DNA from: Nemertoderma westbladi
Taxonomy: Eukaryota > Animalia > Xenacoelomorpha
Length of the DNA: 64,000 nt
Direction: 5' to 3'
Assembly (NCBI GenBank): GCA_032718475.1
Contig: JAUCBJ010009048.1
Location: 124,001 to 188,000, forward strand
In this document: positions 1 through 13,027 of the stretch, piece after piece
Layout of the letters: every line of letters begins with the position of its first letter
Numbering within the stretch: position 1 is the first letter of the stretch
Position numbers and translations under genes: made by a program
Notes under the pieces: generated by a model
Database searches by the model: none
What the model was told of the DNA's origin: nothing
Seen by the model: only the letters and a program-made list of their open reading frames with translations

Positions 1-1487
1 ACATGCGTAGGGGTTGCCCGCTGTAATAACAGATGGGCGTGTCTCCCATACCTGATGTAAGTTAAACTGGTCTGTCCCAATTAACATCGCAATGGAACGA
101 TAATTAACAGGACATTCCGGTATTCCAAGGTTTCGTAAATACTTACGATCTTCCGGTGATTGCTCTGGCACAGGGCCAAGCAAGTTACTAAAGTCCTTCG
201 TAGCTGCAAAGGTCAAATTTCTTACCGGAAGTAATGAGCACTCCTCCTTGCTGTGCTCCGCTTTGGAAAGAAGAGTGTCTAAAGTTAGTTTTACTCTCGT
301 CACAGGAATCGCTCTCTTACCATGCATGCTGCTTACAGTATACTGAGCAGTCTTACCTTGACTCATGTCCGTAACCACATCGGCTACTTGTTCGTCGACA
401 TAACTGTGTGATGACGCAGAGTCTAAGATAGCGTATATACGCTTGCTCCCTCGGGTTCCGGTAATCTTTATAGGAATCACGCTAAACCCTTTCAATTGGT
501 TCTGTGTGAGGAGCGTTACCGATGGCTGTTCCTCACCCGCATGCACGTAGAAAGTGTCGTCTTCCTCCTTGTCCTCGTCCGATGATCCTGACTGATCCAT
601 ACAGTCCGTATAAAACGTACGGATCTCGCGCGGCGCACGCTCCTTGTATAGTGCGTCGCATCTAGCCGCTTTATCTGGATGCTCTTGTCGAAAGCGTTTG
701 GTTGGAGTGTGACTAGTTGTGTGAAGTAACGCGTCATGGTTACATCCACACTGAGGACATGTATCGTCGCTCGGGCAATCCTTCCGGATGTGTCCTGGCT
801 TCGTACATCTCCAGCAAGAATCTAAAGATCGAATTCGAAGTCTTCTCTCTTCGATTCCTAACTCCTTAAAAGCGCAACATCCACAAAGTTTATGTCCGCT
901 ATAGTTTCTGCCGTTCCGCTCGCAGTATGAGCATCCCACAAAGTCTGCCGGCAACTGTTGTCGTGGCTGCGTGGTGCCGATAGGTGTCAGAACTTTAGAA
1001 GTCTCAGTAGGGGTGGCGTAGGTAACGGCTTTCGCGTTCGTCGGAAACGGTTTAGTCCGAGTCGGCACAGAAATAGCTATCCCTTCTGCCGCGATATGAT
1101 GATCGGTATAATTCGATCGAGTCTCGATAACGGCCTCCCGCGAAATCAGTTGATAGACGTCGGTGAGTTTTAATAGCCCGCCAGCCTCTTCACGCTGGTA
1201 CTCGATGCGTCGCCATTCTCGTCGAAGTCGATGATGAAGTCGACCGATTATCCTGATGAGAACCGTACTCGAGTTGTCCAATGGACCGTAAAGTCCCTAT
1301 AGCGTTTTTTATTTCGTCCTCGAGTCGTAGAAGATCGATCGGTTTCGAAATGCTGCCTCCTCTGCAGAGGTCTTCGATAATGGATTTAGCCATGGCGACG
1401 TTACCGCCGTAAATCGAATATAGACGGTCGTACGCCAACTCAAAGGCATCTGGAACACCAATAAAGGTTTCCGCTAATCGTTTCAGC
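1..1487 (-). pseudogene. BEL/Pao gag C-terminus (Zn knuckles) and aspartic protease, with one frameshift near 1270
   Basis: Reading resumes after the LINE (LKRLAETFIGVPDAFELAYDRL) and shifts frame near 1270 (IIGRLHHRLRREWRR). It then stays open through the Zn knuckles (~720-935) and the protease LDSA (D at 421-423); MLIGTD lies near 70-95. Confidence 0.85.
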
Positions 1488-3738
1488 TATTATTATTATT
1501 ATTATTCTATCTTTTAATCTCAAAACTCAACAATTGAGAAAACAATTGTGGAGGAAGCCTGGAGGGAATGGCCCACCGTAGCTTATGATTGGCTGAGATT
1601 AAGCGTCGGCAACCACAGTACTTTTGAAGCACCAGACCCTACATTACCCAAGTTACTACGCCCCTAAAGATAATTTAATAAATAAATACATTTTATAATT
1701 GTATAACTGACTTCTAACTAATGTGTTTTACATTAATCCATTTTTATCTAAGTAATTGCGTCTCGTTCATATAGGGAGTAATAGTGTTTTTTGATTGTAT
1801 TTTCAAATGTGCTATATTTTGTGATACTACGAAAATTATCATCTAGGGAGTTCCATAGTCTTATCATGCTTAAAATTATGCTATTATATCCTTTGTTATT
1901 TTTCGACAGCGGTGTTTTAATTTTGTGCGTTCTTGCATTTATGACTGGTGAGTTCTGTCTATTTAAAAATGGTAGAGTAAGGTCGTTAAATGGCTTTGAT
2001 AAATTGTATATATATCTGTAGAAGTATTTTAGTGCAAAGTGTTCCCTTAGAGCCTTTAGTGTAGGCAATTTTGATTGTGACCGTAACTCTGTTCCTGTTA
2101 AGTCCCGTATTTTTTTGCTATGTACTACCCGCAGACCATAATTTTGTATTTTTTCTAGAGAATATAGTTGTTCTTTGAAACCATGAATATTATGGAGTGA
2201 TATTAAAATTTCGCAGCAATAGTTATGGTGTGGTAATACTAGTGTTTTGTATAAATATAATTTGCACTGCTTTGTCAGTTGTCCCCTTATTTGACGGAGA
2301 CCTGATATTGCATGAGTCATTTTATTTGAAATATCCTTTATGTGCTCACGCCATTCCATTGTATTGTCTATGTATACACCTAAATATTTTATCGATTGTG
2401 ATTGCGAGATTGTAAGTATCCTTTGGTTATTTGGCAGAAGCATGTTTATTTTGTCAATTCTATCTGAACGTGGTTTTGGTGATATTAACATAAATTCTGT
2501 TTTTTTATTGTTAAGCTGTAAGTGAAGATCATTAAATTTCAGGTTAAGAGTTTTTATTTTATTGGCTAATAATTCTGTTGCTATGTTTGGATTTTCACTG
2601 GTGCAATATAGCAAGGTGTCATCTGCATATTGCACTATTCCTAAGTCTGATTTATTGCTTAATTTATTTACATACGCTAAAAATAACAGTGGGCCGAGTA
2701 GAGTCCCTTGTGGGATTCCTCTTACTGAAGTTTGCCATGTTGATTTAGTGCCGTTGGTTTTAACTCTTTGGTATCTTGGGTATAAAAAACTACCTATTAG
2801 TTTAGTAGCTGTTGTATGGAAACCAAGGTCAGATAGTTTGTTTAGCAGTATATCGTGGTTTAGTGAATTAAATGCCTTACTAAGATCAAGGGCTGCTATA
2901 GCTACATAATTGCCATTATTTAGACTTTGTCTCCACGACTCCGTGGCGAATATTAGTGCATCTCTAGTTGAGTAGTTTTTACGAAACCCAAATTGGGTGG
3001 TGTTTATTAGCTTATTTCTATCTAAATAATTAATTATTTGTTGATAAATTATTTTTTCAAATACTTTTTCTAGTGTGGTTGTTACTGCAATTGGCCTGTA
3101 ATTTTCAGGGTCGTCTTGTGGGCCTTTTTTATAAACTGGAGTTATCTCGGTGAACTTTAATTTATTGGGAAAAATTGAATGAGTGATTGATTTATTAATT
3201 AGGTATGCCAGTGGTCGAGCTATTTGTGGTGCAATTAGTTTGATAATTCTTGGATGTAATGTTGATGGGCCTGTAGATTTATTGATATTAATTTTTAACA
3301 AGTATTCATACACCGTTAGTTCATCTGTATTATGAAAACTAAAGCAGGGCTGACCTTCCACGTCCGGTGATATATGGAATTTGTTAAGTTTATTTACTGT
3401 TTGCGATATTCCTGTAAATTCGCCCATCGCTATATATGTTGAATTGAGCAAATCGGCTATTCTTTCATTTGATTTGATTAGAGTTCCCTTTTTATCTATA
3501 AGCTCTTTTATAGTGCAAATTTTAACTGTTTTATTTAGGATGGAATTTATTATTTTCCATTTGGTTCGAGGATTTTCAGCTGATTGAAATTTATTTTTTA
3601 TGTAGTTATTTTTAGCTTTACTATTTGATGAGTTAAATGAGTTTCGTGCTTTTTTGAAAAGATTGTAGTCTACTTCACTTTTTGATTGGCGCCATTTAAT
3701 TAGAGCAGAATTTTTTTTTTTTTTTTTTTTTTTTTTTT
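1488..3738 (-). mobile_element. 5'-truncated non-LTR retrotransposon (CR1/L2-type), intact RT domain, inserted in BEL gag
   Basis: RT motifs NYRPIA, QFGFR, LDLSKAFNS, GIPQGTLLGPLLF, YADD and YLGV; stop at 1748; 3' UTR ends in an (AAT)n tail at 1488-1506. No endonuclease domain. Sharply more AT-rich than the flanking gag. A28 run at the 5' junction (3711-3738). Confidence 0.9.
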
Positions 3739-6397
3739 CACCAGACAGGACTAGGAGCAAGTAATTAAACTTCTCCGTCGAGGTGAAAGCACACTTAGCG
3801 ATCTGGGACTCTACGTAGTCTACCAATGTACGCCAGTGTTTCGCGTTGCCAGAGAACTTCGGCGGTTGTTGTGCTGGTAATCCGTGTCTAGCCGCGAACT
3901 TCGCAATCTCGCTAACGAAATCCAACTGTCCTCGTCCCTGTTCGGTTGCGTCGTCCAGTCGTTCCCTTCCGCGCGTTGTTCGTCGGTAGGAAATATTAAC
4001 GGGATCTTCTTCTCGATGGTTTGGAGTCTGTCTAGTCTCCTGTTCTCTCCTTGGTGATCGATGTTGTCTAGGTTGTTCTAACTCCACGCTGGTTCGTGAT
4101 CGATCCGACGGTTGCGCTTCGAGTCGTTCTTCGAGTTGAGCTAGTCAGTCCGTTACAGGTCGTATTATTTCGGCGAGTCTGTTGGTGCTGATCGCCTCCG
4201 CTGGTTGCAACGTGGGTTTCTGTTGGGGTGTTTCTCGTGGTGGATTGTCGATGTATGGGTTTGTTGATCTCTCCTCTCGTTTGTAATCCGCTGCCGCAGC
4301 CGCTCCAGTACGGAATATTTCCCGTTCCGTCGACTCCGAGTCACTGGATGAGTCGCTGTCGTCCGGATAAAGTGGTTGGCGGGTTCGCGTCCGGCGTATT
4401 ATTCTTGGTCGAGTTCGTTGTGGTCTGGGATCTACGGTTCTCTGTTGTTTGGTAGGCTCGCAAGCCTTCCACGAAGTCGTAGGTCTCGTTAAACATTGTG
4501 TGAGAGGTCTAGTAAAAACATCAGAGTTAATCTCTACTGTAGGTTTATAAATGACTGGGTTCGCGCAGCATGTCACAGGTTTAACTTGTAATGGTTTACT
4601 CACCTGTTTTACCGTCCTAAACGCAGGTTCGTCTCTCTCTACAAGTAAACTACGGCTTACAGTAGGTGGACTACTTATCTTACCTGCGAGAATCGGCGAC
4701 GAAGTCGCTCGTGGCTGCGGAATTGATTCCGTCATAACAAACCTATTACCTTGCACGGGTGATATTTCCTTCGGTTTTGCAACCATAACCGGTTTTACTG
4801 GAGTCGTGGGTTTGAGCATAGGAATAACTTGGGGAAAACGTTTACAGTAATCCTCGACGAACTCCTCTCCTCGGTCTATCACTCCCACACTTCCTTCCTC
4901 GATTCGCTTCTGAATTCCGCGATATCGAGTCTCCATGCGATCCTGGGCAGACAAGTCATGTCCAGCTCGAGACCTTATAGATCTATCTCTCGCGTCGAGT
5001 TCGAGGTCCTCTTGCGCATTCGCCGCCTCGCGCGATCTGCGATTTAGTTCGAACTGGAGCTGCATCTCCCTTTCGCGTCGATCTGCTTCCTGTTGTTGTG
5101 CCGCTAACTCCGCTTCCTGTATAGCTAAACGAGCGTTTATTTGTCGCGCCTCCAACTTGGCACGAGCGTCGGATGCTGCTTTCTTCCGTGCTAACTCAGC
5201 TGCGTTTACCGCCGCAACTCGTGCTAGCTCGTCAGCTGCCGCCTGTCGTGCTAGCTCGTCGGCTGCTGCCGCCTGTCGTGCTAACTTGTTGGCTGCTGCC
5301 GCCGCGGCCGCTTCTCGCGCTAAGTCCTCCTCCAGTCTCCGCATCTCGGATGCTTCGAACTCAGCCTGCGCTTGAAGTTTCGCAAGTTTCGCTACATCCT
5401 CTCTGCGCTGTTTTTCTCTTTCGATGGCGATCTGCGCCATCTGCCGTTGCGCTTCTTCCTCGACGACTTGTTGTCGGCGTGCGACCTCCTGTTGTTGTCG
5501 AGTAATTACAGACGCTGTTCTACTAACTTCGCCAACGTCGCCAACGTCGCTCCGTACACTAACGAACGATCTATCCAGTGGTGGAATTTGGTAGGCTCGC
5601 GAGCCTTCCGTGGATAGAACTTCCGTCGTCCCTCTCGGTACAACTTCCGGTTCTTCGATCTGTACTCCGCATCTACGAAGAAAATTGGTGAGCGTCCCTA
5701 ACCTCCCGTCCAGGCAGTATAGTTCTTCTTCCTCTTCGGGTTGTAACAACGCGTCCGAAACTGACTCACCTAACAGTTGGTCGAGTTGTTCTTGCTGAGT
5801 CGATCCTACAACCGACTTAAACTGAATGAGGCTTTCCCTCACACTTACCAACTTATCTATTATCTTTACCTGAGTAAAGTTGTCGCCACGCGACTCTGCA
5901 AGTTCGTGTAAACCTTTAAGTTTATCTACGGAAGCATGTACCCTACTTTCTATCCTTACCTGTAAGGTGTAGAACTCGTATCTCGACATCGGGGCGGTTA
6001 ACTTGCGTAAAACGCGAAAACCTTCCCCAAAGTTTCGAGTAATCTGGGCCATGTGTCCTCCTATACTCCTAATAATGTTCTCCTGGCTTCCAGTCGAACT
6101 TACCATGTCCGGTTCCCGCGATCTGGTCTGCGGGACGGTAAGGAAATCTTCGATTCTGCCGTCGCCACGCGTTGCGGCTTCCGGTATTTCCGTTCGGGGT
6201 ACCGGCGACGCACGCGGTGTGACATCGGTGGAATCTCGGGTTCTCCTTCTTGGTTCGTCTACTGTCGATCTGTCCGGGTCGCACGAGTCATAGTCGGTAG
6301 GTGGGTATCGAGTCGAATGTGGTGTATCACTCATGTCTATTATATATGTCAAGTACGGGTAATAAAATGTCAAAGTATCAGAATGTCGAAATGTCAA
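3739..6397 (-). pseudogene. BEL/Pao gag N-terminal and middle region with in-frame TGA at 4145-4147
   Basis: The 750-aa ORF (Ala/Glu/Arg-rich coiled coil) continues in frame past TGA (PVTD*LAQLEERL) into the DUF1759-like region. Confidence 0.8.
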
Positions 6398-9113
6398 AAT
6401 GTCGAAATGTCAAACTTATCTTGGTATATATATATATACTATATATATATACCCTAACCGGTACAAATAAAATCAAAAGGGTATATAATAAAATATAATA
6501 ATCTAGCCTACCGGCTAAATTTGTACGAATAAGTGAGATAACGGTATACGCTACCAAAATGTAGATCAACAAGTACAAATAATAGGCAAAACAGCAACGT
6601 CTAACGGGAAAATAAATACCAACAACACTACTAATTAGACAGTGAAACCCACAAATTTTGAGTACTACTATGCTTTCTTAAATTTGAACGACACGAGTCG
6701 TAACACTTACGCTCCTTTGATCTTCCAGTCGTGCAAATTCCCAAATACAAACCGGAGTGGGTCGTTCCGTTTTCGGCGTCGCGGACGAATTTTGTGTCTC
6801 CCAAACTTGCGAAAAGCGGTCTAATCCTCGAAGCGGTCCAGAAATGAGTCCTTGAGTCCTGAAAAGTCGAAGGTGAGAGTTTTACTTCTACTCTACGAAA
6901 ATCTTCCTAGGTACCGATACAACTTGGTCTTTAAACCCTATGTACCTTTTCAAGTACCGAAAAGTAACACCGCACACACACGGCGTAAAACAAATTGCTA
7001 CAAACTAACTATTAGCTAGTCAAATATTAAATACGAAACTACTAGCTACCCTAAAGCCTACTGAAGCAGGGGATGTTCTACAAATTACTAATTTTACTAA
7101 TTTTAAATTGTAAATATCTCCTACCTTTTACAATAGCTAACAATATATATTTATATATATATATCTCACTGTAAAGTCCAGTAGTATACCGCTTACCGGA
7201 TCCTAGTAACGATGTATCTTACCGTAAGATCTAGTAATGTATACGGGCTCGTACAGTATCTGACAACAAATCCCAGTCCAGGGTATCTAAACAAACAGAT
7301 ACAATACACAAACGACTACTGGTGAGGAGCAGAGCCTAGTGTCTATTCTATGTACGTAAGCGGGTCTAATGCCTACGAACTAGACAAAAGGAAACCTGTC
7401 CTCTAACCGGTATGGCAGATGTACAGTTACAGTAACAGACCAAACTCACGGGAAAACAATCCCCGCGCAGCGAATCCTAACTATCGCTGACAGTCCTAAA
7501 TACCGTAACTTGCCACGGTGTGATTTATATGGTTTATATACGAGCTAATGGGTTAACAGACCTAGCGTAACAATACTGATCCCCCTGTACGAAATCAGTC
7601 TAAAGAGGGTCGTGCCTAATGTAACAATACCGCTGCTCTGACAAAACAACAGTTTAATAACAAAATAAAATACTCCCTTTTTGCCGTAACTAAATATCAG
7701 ATCCTAATTTTACAAATACTAACAGTAAGTTACAGATAAATTCTGCCTAAAAGTAATCTAAAGTGCGCTATAACTAGTAGAACTCTAAGGGTAAATATGT
7801 TTTAGGGCGTGTGTGTGTGGGTGTGTTACAATAAAACAATTTTGGTGTATATTATTTTACTAGGTTTTAGTGATTTTCTGACCAAAAACAATACCGTGCG
7901 CTAGCTACGAAAATAAGCTAGTCGCGTTTTGTAGAACTTTATACTTACAAATGACGTCAAACTCTCTCCGTCCTATCCACAACTCAACCGGGCAATTACG
8001 GTGTTAGTAACTACACCCGTGATCGGCACAAATACCAGATTCTGGTTGTAAGATAAGAAATAGGGGTTAATCGCTACCGTACGTTAGCTGATCTGGTATA
8101 CAAATTTGATTCTAGAACTTTGTTGCTGCGGTAGTTAGCAGCAAATACCTATCAGTACGTGGCAAGGCGCGGTAGGATATTAATAAACCTCCCTAGGTCA
8201 AGCGGTGTGCCGGTAGCAGAAATACTCCTTGCCTGATCAAATAACTAAGGTTCAGGCAGAGGGGGGGGGGGGGGGGGGGGGGTACTAATGTATGTTCTAC
8301 AAAGCGAACCAGTACCAAACGGTCAGTACTACGAATCACTAAATTATGGAACATATGCTGTCCGTACCTAATGTGTACTCGCGTACTGATGAACGGCAAT
8401 AGTTCGCACCTTTGAGATATACAGGTTAACCCAGGGATTTGTACTACTGATGGGGGGGCTCTGTCAGAATATAATTATTTGATCCTAAATTTGCGGCGTC
8501 CCAGAACAGCATCACGCTTACCCTGATCTATAGGTCTTACGTCGGGCAAGGACGTCGAACAAAGTCTTACCTTCCTCGGAAATCGGGCGCTGCATGGCAA
8601 GTGGAGTATTTCGAAGGGCGAAGGGGGTGCGCGGTCTAATCTAATGTGGGCGCTAGCGTGTTGTGGACATCATTTCCCTGCGTTGCTGACGGCCTAACGG
8701 TCTAGGCGGCCATCTTCCCAATGCTTGGCTGTCCCAAAGTTGGACGTTCAGAAAAGTACATGTTCAGAAGTTTATAGTATATTTACAGTTTACAAAACTT
8801 TATCAAACAGAATTGCCAAATAGTTTCAACAAGAAACATAATAAACTAAGTGAGAGAGCCAAGTTTAACAAGAGTAGTGATAACTAGAGTAGTTTGATAA
8901 GTGATAACCGAAGGCAAAACCAGCCCTTTATATACTAAATCTGGGACATCAAATCCACTAGAACTTTCTAGAGTATTCCATGGCCTCACATTGGAGCAAT
9001 AAGATATTCCATGCCCTATGATTGGCCCAACTCATCGTTCCATGTGTTGTACGCACCTCATTGGTTTGTCTATTTGTATCAAATGAAAATAAATTGCCCC
9101 AAAATGCAAATTT

Positions 9114-9183
9114 CCCGACTGGGATTCGAACTCGTAACCTATATGTAATGCAACCAACGCCTTAACTATCTGACCACTACGCC
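9114..9183 (-). mobile_element. tRNA-derived SINE head / tRNA pseudogene
   Basis: Minus strand reads GGCGTAGTGGTCAGATAGTTAAGGCG...GAGTTCGAATCCCAG, with Pol III A- and B-box-like motifs; no clean cloverleaf. Confidence 0.5.
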
Positions 9184-10235
9184 ACGAGATTAACTAGGGG
9201 TTTTATATGTACTGATATGAATAGGCATATTACATTACTGTAACTTAATCAAAATGCGTCGGATTTTCGAAAGTTTTTACGTTATACTACAAATGCTATC
9301 CTATAGTGAAATAATTCATCAGATACGGCATCGGCGCCAGAGACTTTTTTGTGTAGAATAAAATTCCGAACAACTTTGTGATGTTACGTTTTTTCATAGC
9401 TCTTAGTGTTTTCGAGTTACGAGGCTAATTAGTTTTCGGCTAATTAGTACTAATTAACAGTAATATGAGGGCCATAGCGATGACTGAACTTTTTTTAGAT
9501 CTTGCCGAGATGAACAAAAAACAACACCGTTGCTAGGGGAAAAACCAAATACTTTTCGAGAAAAATCAATTAGAAATCTTTAATCGCTAATTACAAATTA
9601 ATTAATTAACAGATTTTTGCCAAATATTTCTCTGCTGTGCACGCTCGGGCCTTCTATAAGATCGCGCAAACAGAATCGTTCTAGCTTTCGCCGTTCTCCT
9701 GGAAAAATCCTTTAAAAATCGACCTAAAAAAGATCAAAGCAAAGTGCCTACTTCCGAGGGGGTACACCATAATGCTATCTTATGAGGTTTTACTTTTGTG
9801 TTTATGTTGGTTTGCTAAGTTCCATTAAAAAGGCTACATTATTTATTCCTCATAAGACTCTGTGGAGCCTTTGGCTCTCCAGTGGCAGCCTATTGCTCCA
9901 GTATGTCAGTATCGTTACCGGTACACGTGCACTCACATTTCCTTCTCATAGAATTCCTTTTCATTTCTTTCTCATAGAGCAGTAGAGGAAGTCTACAAAT
10001 GCGAACTGTACAACTACCGGTACTCTACACCTTCAGGTCACAAAAACGAACGAGTCATACTGCCTGTGTGTGCCTGACTGCTGTACCGTACCAGTAGTCA
10101 AGTTCCAGTACTGTATCACAGTAACAGTAGGCATCGGATGTTAGGCCTTGCTGACTTCTGCTGTAGTGCAGTACAACAGTAGTGCACTACCGGTACTCTA
10201 CAGCTAGCAGCAAGGGAACTAGGTAGCCTGCCGTA

Positions 10236-10247
10236 TGCGCATGCGCA
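10236..10247. promoter_or_regulatory. Perfect NRF1-type palindrome TGCGCATGCGCA
   Basis: Exact match to the NRF1 consensus, upstream of TRIM23; function is inferred only. Confidence 0.35.
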
Positions 10248-10584
10248 TGTTAGGCCTATCCTCAGCCAGTTCGATATGATACTCCTGGGCCAGCTACCAT
10301 TACGACAGTCTGTTATGATAGCCTACTCATGGGCTGCGTGTTGTGAATGCGTTTTAAAATGCCTTTTAAAAATCGTTTTGCAGTTTTGAAATCGACTTTA
10401 AAATCCATTTTAAATTGCATTTTATTTTTTATTTGAATTTTTTTTTCATATGCATTTCAAAATTAGTTTTTTATTTCATTTAAAAATATATAAATATATT
10501 ATCGTTTTGAAATCGACTTTAAAATCCATTTTAAATTTCATTTTATTTTTTATTTGAATTTTTTTTCATATGCATTTTAAAATT

Positions 10585-12648
10585 GGTAATAACCGGACTG
10601 GGGGCCCTCCAGTCCCATTTTTTTTGTCGTTTTTTTGGTGTTTTTTAGGGGTTTCAAATTTCTTTGAATGTGTTTAAAAACACACTAGAGATATAAAACA
10701 CTTAGAATATTTTTTCAAAATTGTCAAAAAGCACTTGAGCGCGGAAAAAACACTCTGAAAATTCTCTCTAAAAATGGTCAAATGTAAAAAAAAAAGGCTA
10801 TTTTTATTTTATTTTAGCCCCCGCCAGATGAAAGGAGATCAAAATTTAAATAAGATAAAAATATTGCGAAACTCCATTGATTAATTTGAAAATTAGTAAA
10901 AAACATTACAATTATAACTGTATAAACATACCATAACAAAGTAAATAAACTATATGCATACATTAGGCCTAGGTATATATATATATATATATACATGTAA
11001 TAATAATAATTGATTGCCTAATGTTTATCACATATTACTTATGTGATAAACATTAGGCAATCAATTATTATTATTATTATTAATACAGTAATAGTACATT
11101 TCAATAATTATTAAATTATAAATAGAAAATTATTAAAAAACATTACAATTATAACTGTATAAACATACCATAACAAAGTAAATAAACTATATGCATACAT
11201 TAGGCCTAGGTGCTAGGTATATATATCTGTATATATATATATACATGTAATATAGTAAGTAATATGTGATAAACATTAGGCAATCAATTATTATTATTAA
11301 TACAGTAATAGTACATTTCAATAACACTCTAGGACTCTAGTATATATGAGAATTTGAATCTAGTTTTAGTTTCGCGACTAGATCATCGTGGCTACCGTGA
11401 GCAGTCAATAAACGTGCGACACGCAACCAACCTAAGAGTGGTTCAATGGGTGGGTCGTGTCTATTACAGTTCGTTATGAAAGTAACGAACTGTATCTTAT
11501 TACCAGCAGTATCACCCCGGCAAGATACTTGATGAAAATAACGTCGGAGTAGTCGTTTGATCACGGAATGGATGTTCTCGACGTGATTAGTATGAGTGCC
11601 GTCCGCTGTAATAAACTTGGAACCTGAGCATTCATTACCACTGTGGTTGACTACCTTATGGGTAACATCTTCGCGAACAGATTTCCCTAAAGCGAGGTAA
11701 CTGGAGTGTTTATCAGTTGTGACAACGGCATGGGGAGCAGCTAAATGTTCGATAGGTGATCTCAATGATTCACCTGAGCGGTCCGGGATATACTGAATAA
11801 AACACTTCCGCGACTTTCTGCTACCTGATGTTGACTTGCTTGGAGATAGCGCGATACTCGTGTGCATCCACTGGGCGCCAGTTTTAACAGTACGTTTTCC
11901 TCGGTGGTATTTCCGTTTTGACGTTACTGTTTCATCGTATTGGGCATCAGTGAATGTACCCTCTGAAGCTTCGTAGTCAGCAGAGTTGTATACTGACGCA
12001 TACTCCGTAACAAAATTAATATAGTCCGTTACGGTAGAACCATTAACGCCGAGCTCCGACTCAATCTCCTTGGGTGCCCATCCGTGGCACACACACCACA
12101 ACAACGAAAAGGCAGTCATGTGGTCAAGTCGACCACCTTCACCAAGATAGGACACGTCATCACCGGAAGATGCGGATTTCTTGATTCCTCGCTTGGCTTG
12201 GAACAGGCCCTATTGTCAGATTGTAGCAGCGATTAACAGTATATCGTACATCGGGACGTAATTTCGAACGTGATCGTCTCGTGGTAGTACTCAACTGCCT
12301 ACCACATTCGGTGCATGATGGCGGTTCGGGGGGCCCAATGCCATGGACACACCACCATTTCCATATCTCATCCGATGTAGAATTTATTATATTGCGATAC
12401 TTCAGTTGGCTAACGCATTCAAAATCGCAGTTACCGGTACTATCTTTGCATTTAAATTGCGACATTATTACCAGATCAGCAGATTACTGTATTACAGCAT
12501 TCAGTATTACTTACTGACATAGGCAGTTAGGCCTACAGCCTCACAGCAGTACAGGTCTACCTGGCACTAAGCAGGCAGTAGGCCTACTGCGAGTAAACAA
12601 CACACAGCACAGCAGAATAGGTGGAGGGCCCTGAATCCGGATTGTGCC
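10585..12648 (-). mobile_element. Merlin (IS1016/IS1595-like) DNA transposon, full length
   Basis: Imperfect 27-bp TIRs (GGTAATAACCGGACTGGGGGCCCTCCA / GGCACAATCCGGATTCAGGGCCCTCCA, 20/27 identical). 8-bp TSD TTAAAATT at 10577-10584 and 12649-12656. It interrupts the second copy of a local AT-rich repeat. Confidence 0.9.
11337..12465 (-). pseudogene. ISXO2-like (Merlin) DDE transposase split into two frames near 12160-12230
   Basis: Motifs DETVTSKRKYHRGKR, VTTDKHSSY, HKVVNHS and HTNHVENIHSVIKR; the N-terminal CxxC (CTEC) lies in a different frame. Confidence 0.85.
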
Positions 12649-13027
12649 TTAAAATTAGTTTTTTTATTTCATTTAAAAATATATAAATATATTTTTTTGT
12701 TATGATACTCATGGGCCACCATACCACCTGTCCTAGGAGTGATATAAGATATATCAACCTTCAGCAAATAAACTCTTCAGATTGATATATCGTATATCTG
12801 TATGTATATCACTCCTAGCACAGGTGATATTCTCTGTATATTCCGTTCTCGAACAGACAATAATTATTATAGTATATTGATAAGCAACTGCAATACCCGG
12901 ATAGCCTACCCAGATAGCAGCTGAATACAGGAATAGCTGAATAGGCCAAGCTAGACTCATACCACCCTTACTGCAGTACCAACAGGTACCGGTACAATTT
13001 AGAAATTAAAAGTGCATCAATCGTTTA

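Larger units (their letters stand above)
1..7830 (-). mobile_element. BEL/Pao LTR retrotransposon (gag-protease part; pol runs off the window start), disrupted
   Basis: Minus-strand translation shows a DUF1759-like gag motif (PPKFSGNAKHW...KFNYLLLVLSGE/LKRLAETF...YDRLYSIYG), the BEL triple Zn knuckle (CSYC..H..C, CWRCTKPGHIRKDC, CPQCGCNHDALLH) and an aspartic protease (YAILDSASSHSYV...MLIGTD). The upstream boundary is uncertain: a candidate LTR is 6845-7830 (TG...CA on -), followed by a PBS-like TGGACCGCTTCGAGG. Confidence 0.85.

Noticed and set aside
4935-5505. Ala-rich plus-strand ORFs
   Set aside because: Antisense shadows of the gag coiled-coil repeat.
7830-9060. Alternative LTR boundaries (8761-9060 on -, or G-tract plus TGTCAG at 8462 on +)
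   Set aside because: The partner LTR is outside the window, so no boundary can be verified.
9114-9183. Functional tRNA gene
   Set aside because: Acceptor and anticodon stems do not pair properly; treated as SINE-derived.
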